The position numbers and the translations under genes are program-made. The notes beneath the pieces were generated by a model, which saw only the letters and a list, made by a program, of their open reading frames with translations, was not told where the DNA came from and ran no database searches. A stretch of DNA of 64,000 nt from an uncultured Acidimicrobiales bacterium. GTDB lineage: Bacteria; Actinomycetota; Acidimicrobiia; Acidimicrobiales; RAAP-2. Where the stretch lies: assembly GCA_963814655.1 (NCBI GenBank), contig CAWFDU010000005.1, forward strand, positions 10,069 to 74,068, given 5' to 3'. Position 1 is the first letter of the stretch. Each line of letters begins with the position of its first letter. Positions 20,772 through 29,665 of the stretch are shown one piece after another.

Positions 20772-22313
20772 GTGTCCCCTCTGGACACGGTCGCCGTGGA
20801 CGGTGGCCGCCGGGGACGCCGCCCGCTGTCGGGCCGGCTCGGCCTGCGGGCCCGGGTGACGCTCACCTTCGCCATCGGCGCCTTCGGGCTGTCCGCGCTC
20901 ATGGCCGGGATCACCTACTTCACGGCACGTCAGACCTTCCTCAACGAGCGGCAGTCGGCCGAGCAGCGCCAGGCGTTCGCCAACGGCGCACTCGTCCAGA
21001 ACGCCCTGCGCTCCCCCGTCACCGACCTGAACCAGCTCATCGAATCGGTCGACACCCTGCCCGGGTCGCGCTCCGTCCTGCACACCGGGGGCCAGTGGTA
21101 CGCCACGTCCATCTCGGTCGGCCAGAGCGCGATCCCGGCCGGCGAGCGGGACCTCGTCCTGGCGGGCACCCCGGCGTCCCAGCTCTTCGACCTGGCGGGC
21201 TCGCCCCAGGAGGTGATCGGCGTGCCCCTCCCGGCGGTCCACGCCGCCTACTTCGAGGTGTTCTCCCTCGACGAGTTGGCCGGGACGCTGCGGGCGCTGG
21301 CGGCGGCGCTGGCCGCCGCCGCCCTGGTGACGACCGTGGCCGGCGCCGCCGTCGGCCGGTGGGCCGCCTCGCGTGCGCTCCGCCCGCTGGCGGGACTGAC
21401 CGATGCCGCCGTGGCGATCGCCGGGGGCCAGCTCGACACCCGGGTCGAGTCCGGGGACGACGCCGACCTCGAGGAGCTGGCCGCCGCGTTCAACGCCATG
21501 ACCGCCAACCTCCAGGACCGCATCGAGCGCGAGGCCCGGTTCACCTCGGACGTGAGCCACGAGCTGCGCTCGCCCCTGACCACGCTCACCGCCACGGTGT
21601 CGGTGCTCGAGAGCCACCGGGGACAGCTCGCGCCCCGGGCCCAGAGCGCGTTGGACCTCCTCGACGCGGACCTCCGCCGCTTCACCCGCATGGTCGACGA
21701 TCTCCTCGAGATCTCCCGGTTCGACGCCGGCTCGGCCGAGCTGTCCCTCGACGAGGTCGACCCGGGCGAGCTCGTCCGCCGGGCGGTGGACGCCACCGCA
21801 CCCGTGGACCGGGACGGCGTCCGGCGCCCGGTCGCCGTTCCGGTCCGGATCGGGACCGGCGTCGAGGGCCTCCGGCTGCGGGTCGACAAGCGCCGTTTCG
21901 AGCGGGTCATGGCCAACCTGGTGGAGAACGCCGCCCTGTACGCCGGCGGGGTCACCCAGGTGCTCGTCGAGCGCCGGCCGCCCGTCGCCGGGTCCGCACC
22001 GCCACCGGCGACCGCCATCCGGGTCATCGTCGAGGACCACGGGCCGGGGATCCCCTCAGCGGAGCGGGACCACCTCTTCGAGCGTTTCTACCGCGGTGGT
22101 CGGGCCGGGCAGCGTGCATCGGGTCAGGGCACCGGGCTGGGACTGTCGCTGGTGGCCGAGCACGTCCGCCTCCACGGCGGCCGGGTGTGGAGCGAGGACG
22201 CCCCGGGCAGGGGCACGCGCTTCGTCGTGGAGCTCCCGCTGGACCCGGCCGCGACCGGTTCCCCCGCGGGGGCCGGAGCGGACGCCGGTCCCGGCGGCAG
22301 GGGTGCGCCGTGA
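20772..22313 (+). CDS. mtrB: Sensor histidine kinase, MtrB-like.
   Basis: Two TM segments and a HAMP domain. H-box FTSDVSHELRSPLTTL. N/G boxes ENAALYA and GTGLGLSLV. It follows mtrA after a 4-nt gap. Confidence 0.85.
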   Translation: MSPLDTVAVDGGRRGRRPLSGRLGLRARVTLTFAIGAFGLSALMAGITYFTARQTFLNERQSAEQRQAFANGALVQNALRSPVTDLNQLIESVDTLPGSRSVLHTGGQWYATSISVGQSAIPAGERDLVLAGTPASQLFDLAGSPQEVIGVPLPAVHAAYFEVFSLDELAGTLRALAAALAAAALVTTVAGAAVGRWAASRALRPLAGLTDAAVAIAGGQLDTRVESGDDADLEELAAAFNAMTANLQDRIEREARFTSDVSHELRSPLTTLTATVSVLESHRGQLAPRAQSALDLLDADLRRFTRMVDDLLEISRFDAGSAELSLDEVDPGELVRRAVDATAPVDRDGVRRPVAVPVRIGTGVEGLRLRVDKRRFERVMANLVENAALYAGGVTQVLVERRPPVAGSAPPPATAIRVIVEDHGPGIPSAERDHLFERFYRGGRAGQRASGQGTGLGLSLVAEHVRLHGGRVWSEDAPGRGTRFVVELPLDPAATGSPAGAGADAGPGGRGAP

Positions 22314-22909
22314 GCCGGGCCCGGCGGATCGCGGCCGGACTGACCCTCGCCGCCGTGGCCTCGGGGGTGGCGGCGTGCGGTATCCCGACGGCGTCCGAGC
22401 CGACACCGATCGCCCGGTCCGTCGTGCCCTACCACTTGCTCGCCCCCCCGACGACGACGACGACCCAGCCGGGCACCCCGCCGGCGGTGGGCGTCGCCGA
22501 GCAGATCTTCCTGGTGTCGCCCGACGGACACCTCGTGGCCGTGACGCGCGAGGTGGCCGTGCCCGCGTCGCTCAGCCAGGTGGTCGGGGCGCTGCTGGCC
22601 GGGCCGACCACCACGGAGTCCGCGGCCGGTATCCAGTCGTTCCTGACCCACACCGGGGTCGAGGTGGCCGTCACCGAGTCGGGCGGGATCGCCACCGTGC
22701 ACTTCAGCACCGATCCGATCCAGGTGGTGGGACCCGACCAGACGCTGGCCGTCGCCCAGGTCGTCTACACGGTCACCCAGCAGCCGGGCGTGACGGGGGT
22801 GACCTTCGCCATCGGTGGCAAGCCGGTCCAGGTGCCGACCGCCGCCGGCGCCCAGGTGCCGGGCCCGGTCGGTCGGGCCGACTACCTGCCCCAGGCTCCG
22901 CCGGCGTAG
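22310..22909 (+). CDS. GerMN-type lipoprotein in the LpqB position, unusually short at 199 aa.
   Basis: The GTG overlaps the mtrB stop (GTGA). Signal plus lipobox: RIAAGLTLAAVASGVAAC. It has a single sporulation/GerMN-like module (LSQVVGALLAGPT...GIATVHFS...AVAQVVYTVTQQPGVTGVTF). Confidence 0.7.
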   Translation: MSRARRIAAGLTLAAVASGVAACGIPTASEPTPIARSVVPYHLLAPPTTTTTQPGTPPAVGVAEQIFLVSPDGHLVAVTREVAVPASLSQVVGALLAGPTTTESAAGIQSFLTHTGVEVAVTESGGIATVHFSTDPIQVVGPDQTLAVAQVVYTVTQQPGVTGVTFAIGGKPVQVPTAAGAQVPGPVGRADYLPQAPPA

Positions 22910-22936
22910 CGACGGACGGGGGGACGCCGCCGCGCG

Positions 22937-23332
22937 TCAGGCGGCGGCACTCCACGGCACCCGGGGGGCGTCGTTCCACAGGTGCTCCAGGTCGTAGAAG
23001 GCGCGGGCCTCGTCCAGGAAGACGTGCACCAGGAAGTCCCCGTAGTCCATGAGCACCCAGTAGGCGTCGTCCTTCCCCTCGACCCGGCTGGGAGACCGGC
23101 CACTGGTCGTCTTCACCTGGCGCTCCACCTCGTCGACGATCGTCCTCACCTGGCGGGTGTTGCGCCCGTTGGTCACGACGAAGGCGTCGGTCACCCCCAG
23201 CAGGTCACCCATGGCGAGGATGACCGTCTCCTCCCCGGACTTGGCATCGGCGGCGCGGGCCGCCACGACGCACTCGTCGGGCACGTCGGGCGAACCCGGC
23301 CGTGCGGCGGGGACGGGCTGGATGGTGGTCAA
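22937..23332 (-). CDS. rsfS: Ribosome silencing factor RsfS.
   Basis: TTG at 23330-23332 follows GGAGG. Contains DAFVVTNGRNTRQVRTIVDEVE and WVLMDYGDFLVHVF. Confidence 0.9.
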   Translation of the reverse strand: MTTIQPVPAARPGSPDVPDECVVAARAADAKSGEETVILAMGDLLGVTDAFVVTNGRNTRQVRTIVDEVERQVKTTSGRSPSRVEGKDDAYWVLMDYGDFLVHVFLDEARAFYDLEHLWNDAPRVPWSAAA

Positions 23333-23715
23333 GGGTTGCCTCCTTCTGGTGCCGTGGCACCACGGGTCGGGACCGTCGTCGACGCGTTGACGTCGACGAC
23401 GGGTGCAGCAGGTGGGGCGGGGGCGGACGGCGCGGCCGCGGCCATCGAGGACGGCGTCCCCACGGGCCGGTCCCGTGCCATCAGCACCACCACGATGGTA
23501 AGGGCCAGGCACGCGGCGACGACCGCGGCACACAGGAGCGAGGTGCGGCGGCGCTGGCGACGGGCCTCGCGGAGCGCCATGCGGCTGTCCGCGCCGCCGC
23601 CGTCGGCGCCCGGAACGGTGGCGGTGCCGGTCGATTCCGGCACGGGGTCGGTGGAGGCGGCGGGGTCCTGCGACGGTGTGGGGTCGGACTCGGTGGGGTT
23701 CAGCCGCACGGTCAT
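23329..23715 (-). CDS. Hypothetical single-pass membrane protein.
   Basis: ATG at 23713-23715 overlaps the nadD stop (ATGA), and its own stop overlaps the rsfS start (TTGA). It has an Arg cluster followed by a TM segment (SLLCAAVVAACLALTIVVVLMA). No recognisable domain. Confidence 0.55.
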   Translation of the reverse strand: MTVRLNPTESDPTPSQDPAASTDPVPESTGTATVPGADGGGADSRMALREARRQRRRTSLLCAAVVAACLALTIVVVLMARDRPVGTPSSMAAAAPSAPAPPAAPVVDVNASTTVPTRGATAPEGGNP

Positions 23716-24338
23716 CTCCCCACAGCGTACAGACCCCGCTCGGACACGCAACGGATGACGGCCTCGGGCACCAGGTCCTCCACCGACTCGCCGGCCCCGA
23801 GGCGCGCCCGCAGCTCGGTGCTCGAGACGTCCACCGGGTCGACGGCCACGTGCACGGCCCGCCAACCCGGCGGCGGGTCGACGACCGGGGCTCCCGGCCG
23901 GTCGACCACGGCCAGGGTGACGAGGGTGCGGAGCGCCTCGTGCTCGTGCCAGGTGTCGAGCGTGGAGACGACGTCGGCGCCCACCACCACGACGACCTCG
24001 GCCCCCGGATCGCGTGCCAGCAGCTGGTGGACGGTGTCGACGGTGTAGGACGGCCCGCCGCGGTCGATCTCGATCCGCGAGGGCTCCAGCCCGGGACGGT
24101 CGTCCAGGGCGGCGGCCACCATGGCGTAGCGGTCCTCGGCCGGCGACACCGGCCGCCCCTGCTTCTGCCAGGGCTCGTTGGCCACCACCACCAGCACCCG
24201 GTCGAGCCCGAGGGCGTCGCCGACCGCCGTGGCCACCTGGACGTGTCCGCGGTGGATCGGGTCGAAGGTGCCACCGAACACCCCGATGCGTGGTCGCCGC
24301 TCGCGTCCCGACCTCCGCCCGGGACCCGCGTCGACCAC
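23712..24338 (-). CDS. nadD: Nicotinate-nucleotide adenylyltransferase.
   Basis: GTG at 24336-24338. Contains GVFGGTFDPIHRGH and SSTELR. Confidence 0.9.
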   Translation of the reverse strand: MVDAGPGRRSGRERRPRIGVFGGTFDPIHRGHVQVATAVGDALGLDRVLVVVANEPWQKQGRPVSPAEDRYAMVAAALDDRPGLEPSRIEIDRGGPSYTVDTVHQLLARDPGAEVVVVVGADVVSTLDTWHEHEALRTLVTLAVVDRPGAPVVDPPPGWRAVHVAVDPVDVSSTELRARLGAGESVEDLVPEAVIRCVSERGLYAVGR

Positions 24339-24339
24339 C

Positions 24340-25268
24340 TCAGGTACCGGCGAGCGCCGCCACCACCGGGGCGAAGGCCTCCATCTCCGCCTCGTGGACC
24401 ACCACGTAGGAGAAGCCGAAGCGCTCCCGCCGCTCGACGAGCCGCTCGGTGATCTGGTCGACGGTGCCGATCAGGGCCACGGGCGATCCGTCGACCTCCC
24501 CGGGAGTCATTCCCACCGCCTCGGCCAGGCGGGCCGTGGCGTCCTCGCGGTCGGGGACGATCCGGACCAGGAACGTGAGGCACTGCAGCTCCAGGTCGTC
24601 GAACCGGTCGCCCGCCGCGGCACGGATCCAGCCGATCCGCTCGTCGTAGAACCCGGCCGTGGCCGTCGCCAGCACCTCGGGTCCCACGTAGCCGGCGGCC
24701 AGGCTCGGATTCACCCCTACGATGTCCGCCTCGCGGCGGCGATCCCGAGGACCCGGCGTCCGCCTCCGCCGACGATGATCGGCGGGTGGGGCCGGCGGTA
24801 CGGCAGCGGAGCCCCGGTGGCACCGGCCACCGTGTAGTGCTCGCCGGTGAACGTGCAGGTCCCCGTGGACCACAGCGACTTCATGATCGTCAGGCTCTCG
24901 GCCAGGCGTCCCACGCGCACGCCGGGCGTGTCGTTCGGGATGCCGGACTGCTCGTAGTCGGTCGTCATCCACCCCGCCCCGAGCCCGACCTCCACCCTGC
25001 CCTCGGACAGCAGGTCGAGGGTGGCGATCTCCCTCGCCAGGACGAGCGGGTGGCGGTAGTCGTTGCCGAACACCAGCGAGCCGACCCGCAGGTCGGTGGT
25101 CGCCTCGGCGGCGACGGTCAGGGCCACCAGCGGCGCGAGCTGCTCCCCGAAGTGGTCGGGCAGGAAGAGGGTCGAGTAGCCGAGGGACTCCACCGTCCGG
25201 GCCAGGGTCCGCCAGGCGGCACCCGACGAGGCGTGGGACAGCTGTACGCCGAAGCGGAACGGGGCCAT
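24340..25268 (-). CDS. Luciferase-like (LLM class, probably F420-dependent) oxidoreductase, with a frame break near 24736.
   Basis: The N-terminal part (24717-25268) reads MAPFRFGVQLSHA...FLPDHFG...GLGAGWMTTDYEQSGIP. The C-terminal part (24340-24735), ADIVGVNPSLAAG...LIGTVDQITERLVERRERFGFSYVVV, is in another frame. The junction is ...RVLGIAA/(R)EADIVG. Confidence 0.8.
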
Positions 25269-25299
25269 GGTCCGAGCCTAGAGCGGGAGGCTTTACGCT

Positions 25300-26670
25300 G
25301 TGCGGGTGGCATCCCCGACCCCCGACCCGTCCGCACCCTGGACCCCGGACTCGTGGCGCTCGCGGCCCGCGGCCCAGCAGCCGACCTGGCCCGACGAGTC
25401 GGCGCTCAAGCAGGTGCACGCCAGGCTGAGCGGCCTGCCGCCCCTGGTGTTCGCCGGTGAGGCCCGGCACCTGACCAGGGCCCTCGGCCAGGCCGCCGAG
25501 GGCGGGGCCTTCGTGCTCCAGGCCGGCGACTGTGCCGAGTCGTTCGCCGAATTCACCGCCGACGGCATCCGCGACAAGCTCAAGGTCATCCTCCAGATGG
25601 CGGTGGTCCTGACCTACGGCGCCGGACTGCCGGTGGTCAAGGTGGGCAGGATCGCCGGCCAGTTCGCCAAGCCCCGCAGCTCGCCCACCGAGCAGGTCGG
25701 CGACCAGGTCCTCGACTCGTTCCGCGGCCACATGGTCAACGACGACCTTCCCGAGCGCGGCGCCCGCGTCCCCGACCCGGCACGACTGGTCACCGCCTAC
25801 GAGCAGTCGGTGGCGACCCTCAACCTCCTGCGGGCCTTCACCAAGGGTGGCTTCGCCGACCTCGGCCAGATCCATGCGTGGAACCAGCAGTTCGTCGCCA
25901 GCTCCACCGAGGGGCGCCGGTTCGAGGACATCGCCCAGGGGATCGACGCCGCCCTCCGGTTCATGGATGCCTGCGGGATCAACCTCACGGCCGAGGACAC
26001 CCTCCACCAGGTCGACTTCTGGACCAGCCACGAGGCGCTCATCCTCGACTACGAGGAGGCGCTGACCCGGCGCGACTCGCTGACCGGCGACTGGTACGAC
26101 TGCTCGGCCCACATGCTGTGGGTCGGCGAGCGCACCCGCCAGATCGACGGTGCCCACGTCGACTTCCTGTCCGGCATCCACAACCCGGTCGGCGCCAAGG
26201 TGGGGCCGACGGCCTCGGTCGACGACGTGCTCGCGCTCTGCGAACGGCTCGATCCCGCCCGCGTCCCCGGTCGTCTGACCCTCATCACCCGGTTCGGCGT
26301 GGATGCCGTCGACGACCACCTGCCGGGACTCCTGCGGGCGGTCGAGGCCGAGGGTCATCCGGTCGTGTGGATGTGCGACCCGATGCACGGCAACACCTTC
26401 ACCGCGGAGGGCGGGCAGAAGACCCGCCGCTTCGACGACATCATCGGCGAGCTGCAGAGCTTCTTCCGGATCCACCGGGAGATCGGGACGTGGCCGGGTG
26501 GCGTGCACGTCGAGCTGACCGGCGACGACGTCACCGAGTGCCTGGGCGGGGTCGAGGACATCGTTGAGGGACAGCTGGGACAGCGCTACACGACCACGTG
26601 CGACCCGCGGCTCAACGGGCGCCAGGCGCTCGACCTCGCCTTCCGCATCGCCGAACTGCTCCGCCACTGA
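25300..26670 (+). CDS. 3-deoxy-7-phosphoheptulonate (DAHP) synthase, class II.
   Basis: GTG follows GGGAGG. The 456-aa protein contains WRSRPAAQQPTWPD, FVLQAGDCAESF, IAGQFAKPRS, WVGERTRQ and MCDPMHGNT. Confidence 0.9.
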   Translation: MRVASPTPDPSAPWTPDSWRSRPAAQQPTWPDESALKQVHARLSGLPPLVFAGEARHLTRALGQAAEGGAFVLQAGDCAESFAEFTADGIRDKLKVILQMAVVLTYGAGLPVVKVGRIAGQFAKPRSSPTEQVGDQVLDSFRGHMVNDDLPERGARVPDPARLVTAYEQSVATLNLLRAFTKGGFADLGQIHAWNQQFVASSTEGRRFEDIAQGIDAALRFMDACGINLTAEDTLHQVDFWTSHEALILDYEEALTRRDSLTGDWYDCSAHMLWVGERTRQIDGAHVDFLSGIHNPVGAKVGPTASVDDVLALCERLDPARVPGRLTLITRFGVDAVDDHLPGLLRAVEAEGHPVVWMCDPMHGNTFTAEGGQKTRRFDDIIGELQSFFRIHREIGTWPGGVHVELTGDDVTECLGGVEDIVEGQLGQRYTTTCDPRLNGRQALDLAFRIAELLRH

Positions 26671-26870
26671 ACGCGGCCCCGACGGCGCCGGATCCGGGTG
26701 CGCCCGGTGCCCGTGGGGTGCCGACGGCCACGGAGCCCCAGGTCGGCGGGGGGTCGTTGCTTCCTCCCGAACGGGACTCCACAATGGTCGGCGGCCCTCT
26801 GCGGACGCCGACAGCACGACCGCCGGACGTCCACCGGACCCGAAGCCCCACCGACGGAGGCACCCGCACC

Positions 26871-28541
26871 ATGCAGCCCGCCCACCCGACCATCCCCTGC
26901 ACGGGCCGTCCGCGGACCCGACGGCGCCGCGCCGTCGCCGCGGTCGTGCTCGGCACCCTGGTCGCCGCGGCGACCCTGGGGGCGTCCACCGGCGCCGGAG
27001 CGGACCCCTCACCCGCGCCCGCCGCCGTCGCCGCCACGGCCGCCACGACCTCCACCACCGGCCCGACGGCGTCCCCGCGGACCGTCCCTCCGGCCGCCAC
27101 CTCGGTGTCGGCCTACTGGGTGGTCGCGGACGACGGCGGCATCTTCGCCCTCGGTGGCACACCGTTCTACGGGTCGACCGGCGGCATCCGGCTGAACAAG
27201 CCCGTGGTGGCCATGGCCCCCACCTCACCGAGCGACTCCCACGGGTACCGCGAGGTGGCCTCGGACGGGGGCATCTTCGACTTCGGCGACGCCCGGTTCT
27301 ACGGCTCGACCGGCGACCTCCACCTCAACAGGCCCGTGGTGGGCATGGCCGCCACCGCCGACGGTGGTGGCTACTGGCTGGTGGCATCCGACGGCGGCGT
27401 GTTCTCCTTCGGTGACGCCGGGTTCTACGGCTCGACCGGCGACCTCCACCTCAACAGACCCATCGTGGGCATGGCCGCCACCGGTGACGGTGGTGGCTAC
27501 TGGCTGGTGGCATCCGACGGCGGCGTGTTCGCCTTCGGCGACGCGGGCTTCTACGGCTCGACCGGGAACCTCACCCTCCAGCAGCCGGTGGTCGGGATGG
27601 CGGCCACGCAGGACCATCGGGGCTACTGGATGGTCGCCTCGGACGGGGGCGTGTTCGCCTTCGGCGACGCCCGGTACTACGGGTCGCTCGGCGGTGTACC
27701 CCAGAGCCGGCCGATCGTGTCGATGACGGCCACGGCCGACGGGAAGGGCTACTGGTTCACCAACGACAACGGCGCCGTGACCGCCTTCGGCGACGCCACC
27801 TACTGGGGATCGACGCCCCAGGTGCTGTCGGCCCCGGTGGTCGGCATGGCCCAGGGCAGCGGCAACGGCACGTTCACCGGATCGTCGTACCCGTCGGGCA
27901 GCTACGGCTACGACGTCTGGCTCGGCACGTGCGCCGCGCTCCCGCCGGCTCCCCACACGATCGGGATCGTCCAGGTCGAGGAGCCCGGGTTCCCGAACAC
28001 CTGCCTGGCGCAGGAGGCGGCCTGGGCCGGTGCCGGTCTGAACCTCTACATCTACATGAATTACGGGACGAGCCCGTCGAGCGCGGATGCCCGGTGCCTC
28101 ACGTCGGTGTCCCCGCTGTCGTGCAACTACGGGTTCGACGCCGCCGTGCACGCCTTCGACGACGCCCGGGCGGCCGGCGTGACGACCTCGGTGGCGTGGT
28201 GGCTCGATATCGAGGATGCATCGTTCGACGGCAACCAGCCGGGCACCGCCGCACTCGTGCAGGGCGCCATCGACGGTCTCCACTACGAGGGCCTCAACAG
28301 CGTGGGCATCTACGCCAGCCCCGGCAATTGGGGCAACCTGGTCGGCGACTACCAGCCCGCCGTCCCCTACTGGGCGGCGGACTGGGGCATCCTGCCCACC
28401 ACGACGTGCGCCGACGTGAAGTCGCTCTACCCGGGACTGCCCACGGGCCCCGTGCAGATCGTGCAGTACAGCAGCCCGTCCGCACCGCTCCGGCTCGGTG
28501 GGCTCGACGCCTCGTCGTACGACAACGACTACGCCTGCTGA
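26871..28541 (+). CDS. Secreted protein with six tandem repeats of about 42 aa (propeller-like) plus a C-terminal lysozyme-like (GH25 / Rv2525c-DUF1906-like) domain.
   Basis: ATG follows GGAGG. Arg-rich signal: RPRTRRRRAVAAVVLGTLVAAATLGA. The repeat consensus is GYWLVASDGGVFAFGDAGFYGSTG.L.LN.PVVGMAAT.DG, six times. The C-terminal domain has YGYDVW, WWLDIED and VQYS. The fold assignment is from memory only. Confidence 0.6.
   Translation: MQPAHPTIPCTGRPRTRRRRAVAAVVLGTLVAAATLGASTGAGADPSPAPAAVAATAATTSTTGPTASPRTVPPAATSVSAYWVVADDGGIFALGGTPFYGSTGGIRLNKPVVAMAPTSPSDSHGYREVASDGGIFDFGDARFYGSTGDLHLNRPVVGMAATADGGGYWLVASDGGVFSFGDAGFYGSTGDLHLNRPIVGMAATGDGGGYWLVASDGGVFAFGDAGFYGSTGNLTLQQPVVGMAATQDHRGYWMVASDGGVFAFGDARYYGSLGGVPQSRPIVSMTATADGKGYWFTNDNGAVTAFGDATYWGSTPQVLSAPVVGMAQGSGNGTFTGSSYPSGSYGYDVWLGTCAALPPAPHTIGIVQVEEPGFPNTCLAQEAAWAGAGLNLYIYMNYGTSPSSADARCLTSVSPLSCNYGFDAAVHAFDDARAAGVTTSVAWWLDIEDASFDGNQPGTAALVQGAIDGLHYEGLNSVGIYASPGNWGNLVGDYQPAVPYWAADWGILPTTTCADVKSLYPGLPTGPVQIVQYSSPSAPLRLGGLDASSYDNDYAC
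27114..27870 (+). repeat. Intragenic tandem repeat, period about 126 bp, six copies.
   Basis: The repeat-defining TAC(TGG) codons recur at 27372 and 27498. A 45-nt stretch, GACGGTGGTGGCTACTGGCTGGTGGCATCCGACGGCGGCGTGTTC, is identical at about 27360-27404 and 27486-27530. Confidence 0.85.
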
Positions 28542-28623
28542 GGAGTCGGTCGCCCGCCGTGGACCGTCCGGCGTGCGACGGTCACGTCGGTGACTGCTCC
28601 GGGACGGGATCGCGACCGCTAGA

Positions 28624-29660
28624 TGTAGTGCCCATGGACCTTGCTGACAGGGTCCACCACTGAGTGAAGCCTCCCGGGCGAGTGTGGAGCTGTTCACACA
28701 CCCACGCTCACCAAGGAGGCTTCAGATGCACCGTAACGCCCGCCTGACCCCGGCTGGTCGACTGTTGCTGTGCCGACGGATCGAGTCCGGTTGGCCGGTG
28801 GCCCACGCGGCCGCCGCCATGGGCATTTCACGGGACCGGGCCTACGTCTGGTGGCATCGCTACCAGGAGGAGGGCATGGCCGGCCTCGAGGATCGGTCCA
28901 GTCGACCGCGCCGGTGCCCGAGCCGGACCAAGGCGTCGACCGAGCGCCGGATCGTCGGTCTGCGCCGGACACGGGGCCTCGGTCCTGCCCGGATCGCCGG
29001 GATCGTGGACATGCACCCGTCGACCGTCCACCGGGTCCTCGTCCGTCACCGACTCAACCGGCTCGACCACCTCGACCGGATGACGAGGGTGCCGATCCGG
29101 CGTTTCGAGATGTCCCGACCCGGCGAGCTGGTCCACCTCGACATCAAGAAGCTCGGCCGGATCCCCCGAGGTGGTGGATGGCGAGCCCATGGACGGGGGA
29201 ACGCCAATGAACAAGGTGACCAGGACCGGCTACGCCTTCGTCCACACCGCCATCGACGGCTACTCCCGGTTGGCCTACTCCGAGGTCCTCGACAACGAGC
29301 AGGGCCCGACCGCCGCCGACTTCTGGATCCGGGCCAGCGCGTTCTTCACCGACCACGGCATCACCGTCGAGCGGGTGCTGACCGACAACGGCGCCTGCTA
29401 CCGCTCCCGTGCCTTCGCCACGGCGCTCGGGCCGGCCCGGCACAGCTTCACGAGGCCCTATCGACCGCAGACCAACGGCAAAGCCGAGCGCTTCAATCGC
29501 ACGCTCCTGGCCGAGTGGGCCTACGCCCGAACCTGGACGTCAGATGGACAGCGGAACCGCCGGCTTGCCCACTGGCTTCACATCTACAACCATCATCGGC
29601 ACCACACCGCCGTGGGAGGGCCTCCCATCCGCCGTGTCGGCAACGTTGCGGGGCACTACA
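28624..29660 (+). mobile_element. IS481-family insertion sequence (1037 bp) with imperfect terminal inverted repeats and a 6-bp target-site duplication.
   Basis: The left end is TGTAGTGCCCATGGACCTTGCTGACAGG. The reverse complement of the right end is TGTAGTGCCCCGCAACGTTGCCGACACGG. The first 10 nt are identical and about 19 of 28 positions match. The direct repeat GCTAGA sits at 28618-28623 and 29661-29666, a CTAG-containing target typical of IS481. Confidence 0.9.
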
Positions 29661-29665
29661 GCTAG
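28726..29665 (+). pseudogene. IS481-family DDE transposase, split into two frames as sequenced.
   Basis: ATG at 28726 follows AAGGAGG. HTH N-terminus: MHRNARLTPAGRLLLCRRIE. Frame 1 ends with HLDIKKLGRIPRGGGWRAHGRG. The sequence continues in the other frame as KVTRTGYAFVHTAIDGYSRLAY...YRPQTNGKAERFNRTL. The break is near the G5 run at 29195-29199. The stop TAG (29663-29665) lies in the target duplication. Confidence 0.85.

Noticed and set aside
26671-26870. Possible cyclic-di-AMP (ydaO-type) riboswitch in the 200-nt leader of the secreted lysozyme-like gene.
   Set aside because: Only short patches (CCCGAAC, CCGACAGC, a G-rich run) resemble what I remember of the consensus. They are not contiguous as in the motif. 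This cannot be judged without a covariance-model search (Rfam RF00379).
29171-29215. Programmed ribosomal frameshift in the IS transposase.
   Set aside because: IS481-family transposases are normally a single ORF. No slippery heptamer of the A AAA AAG type is present, and the break coincides with a G5 run like the other suspected indels.
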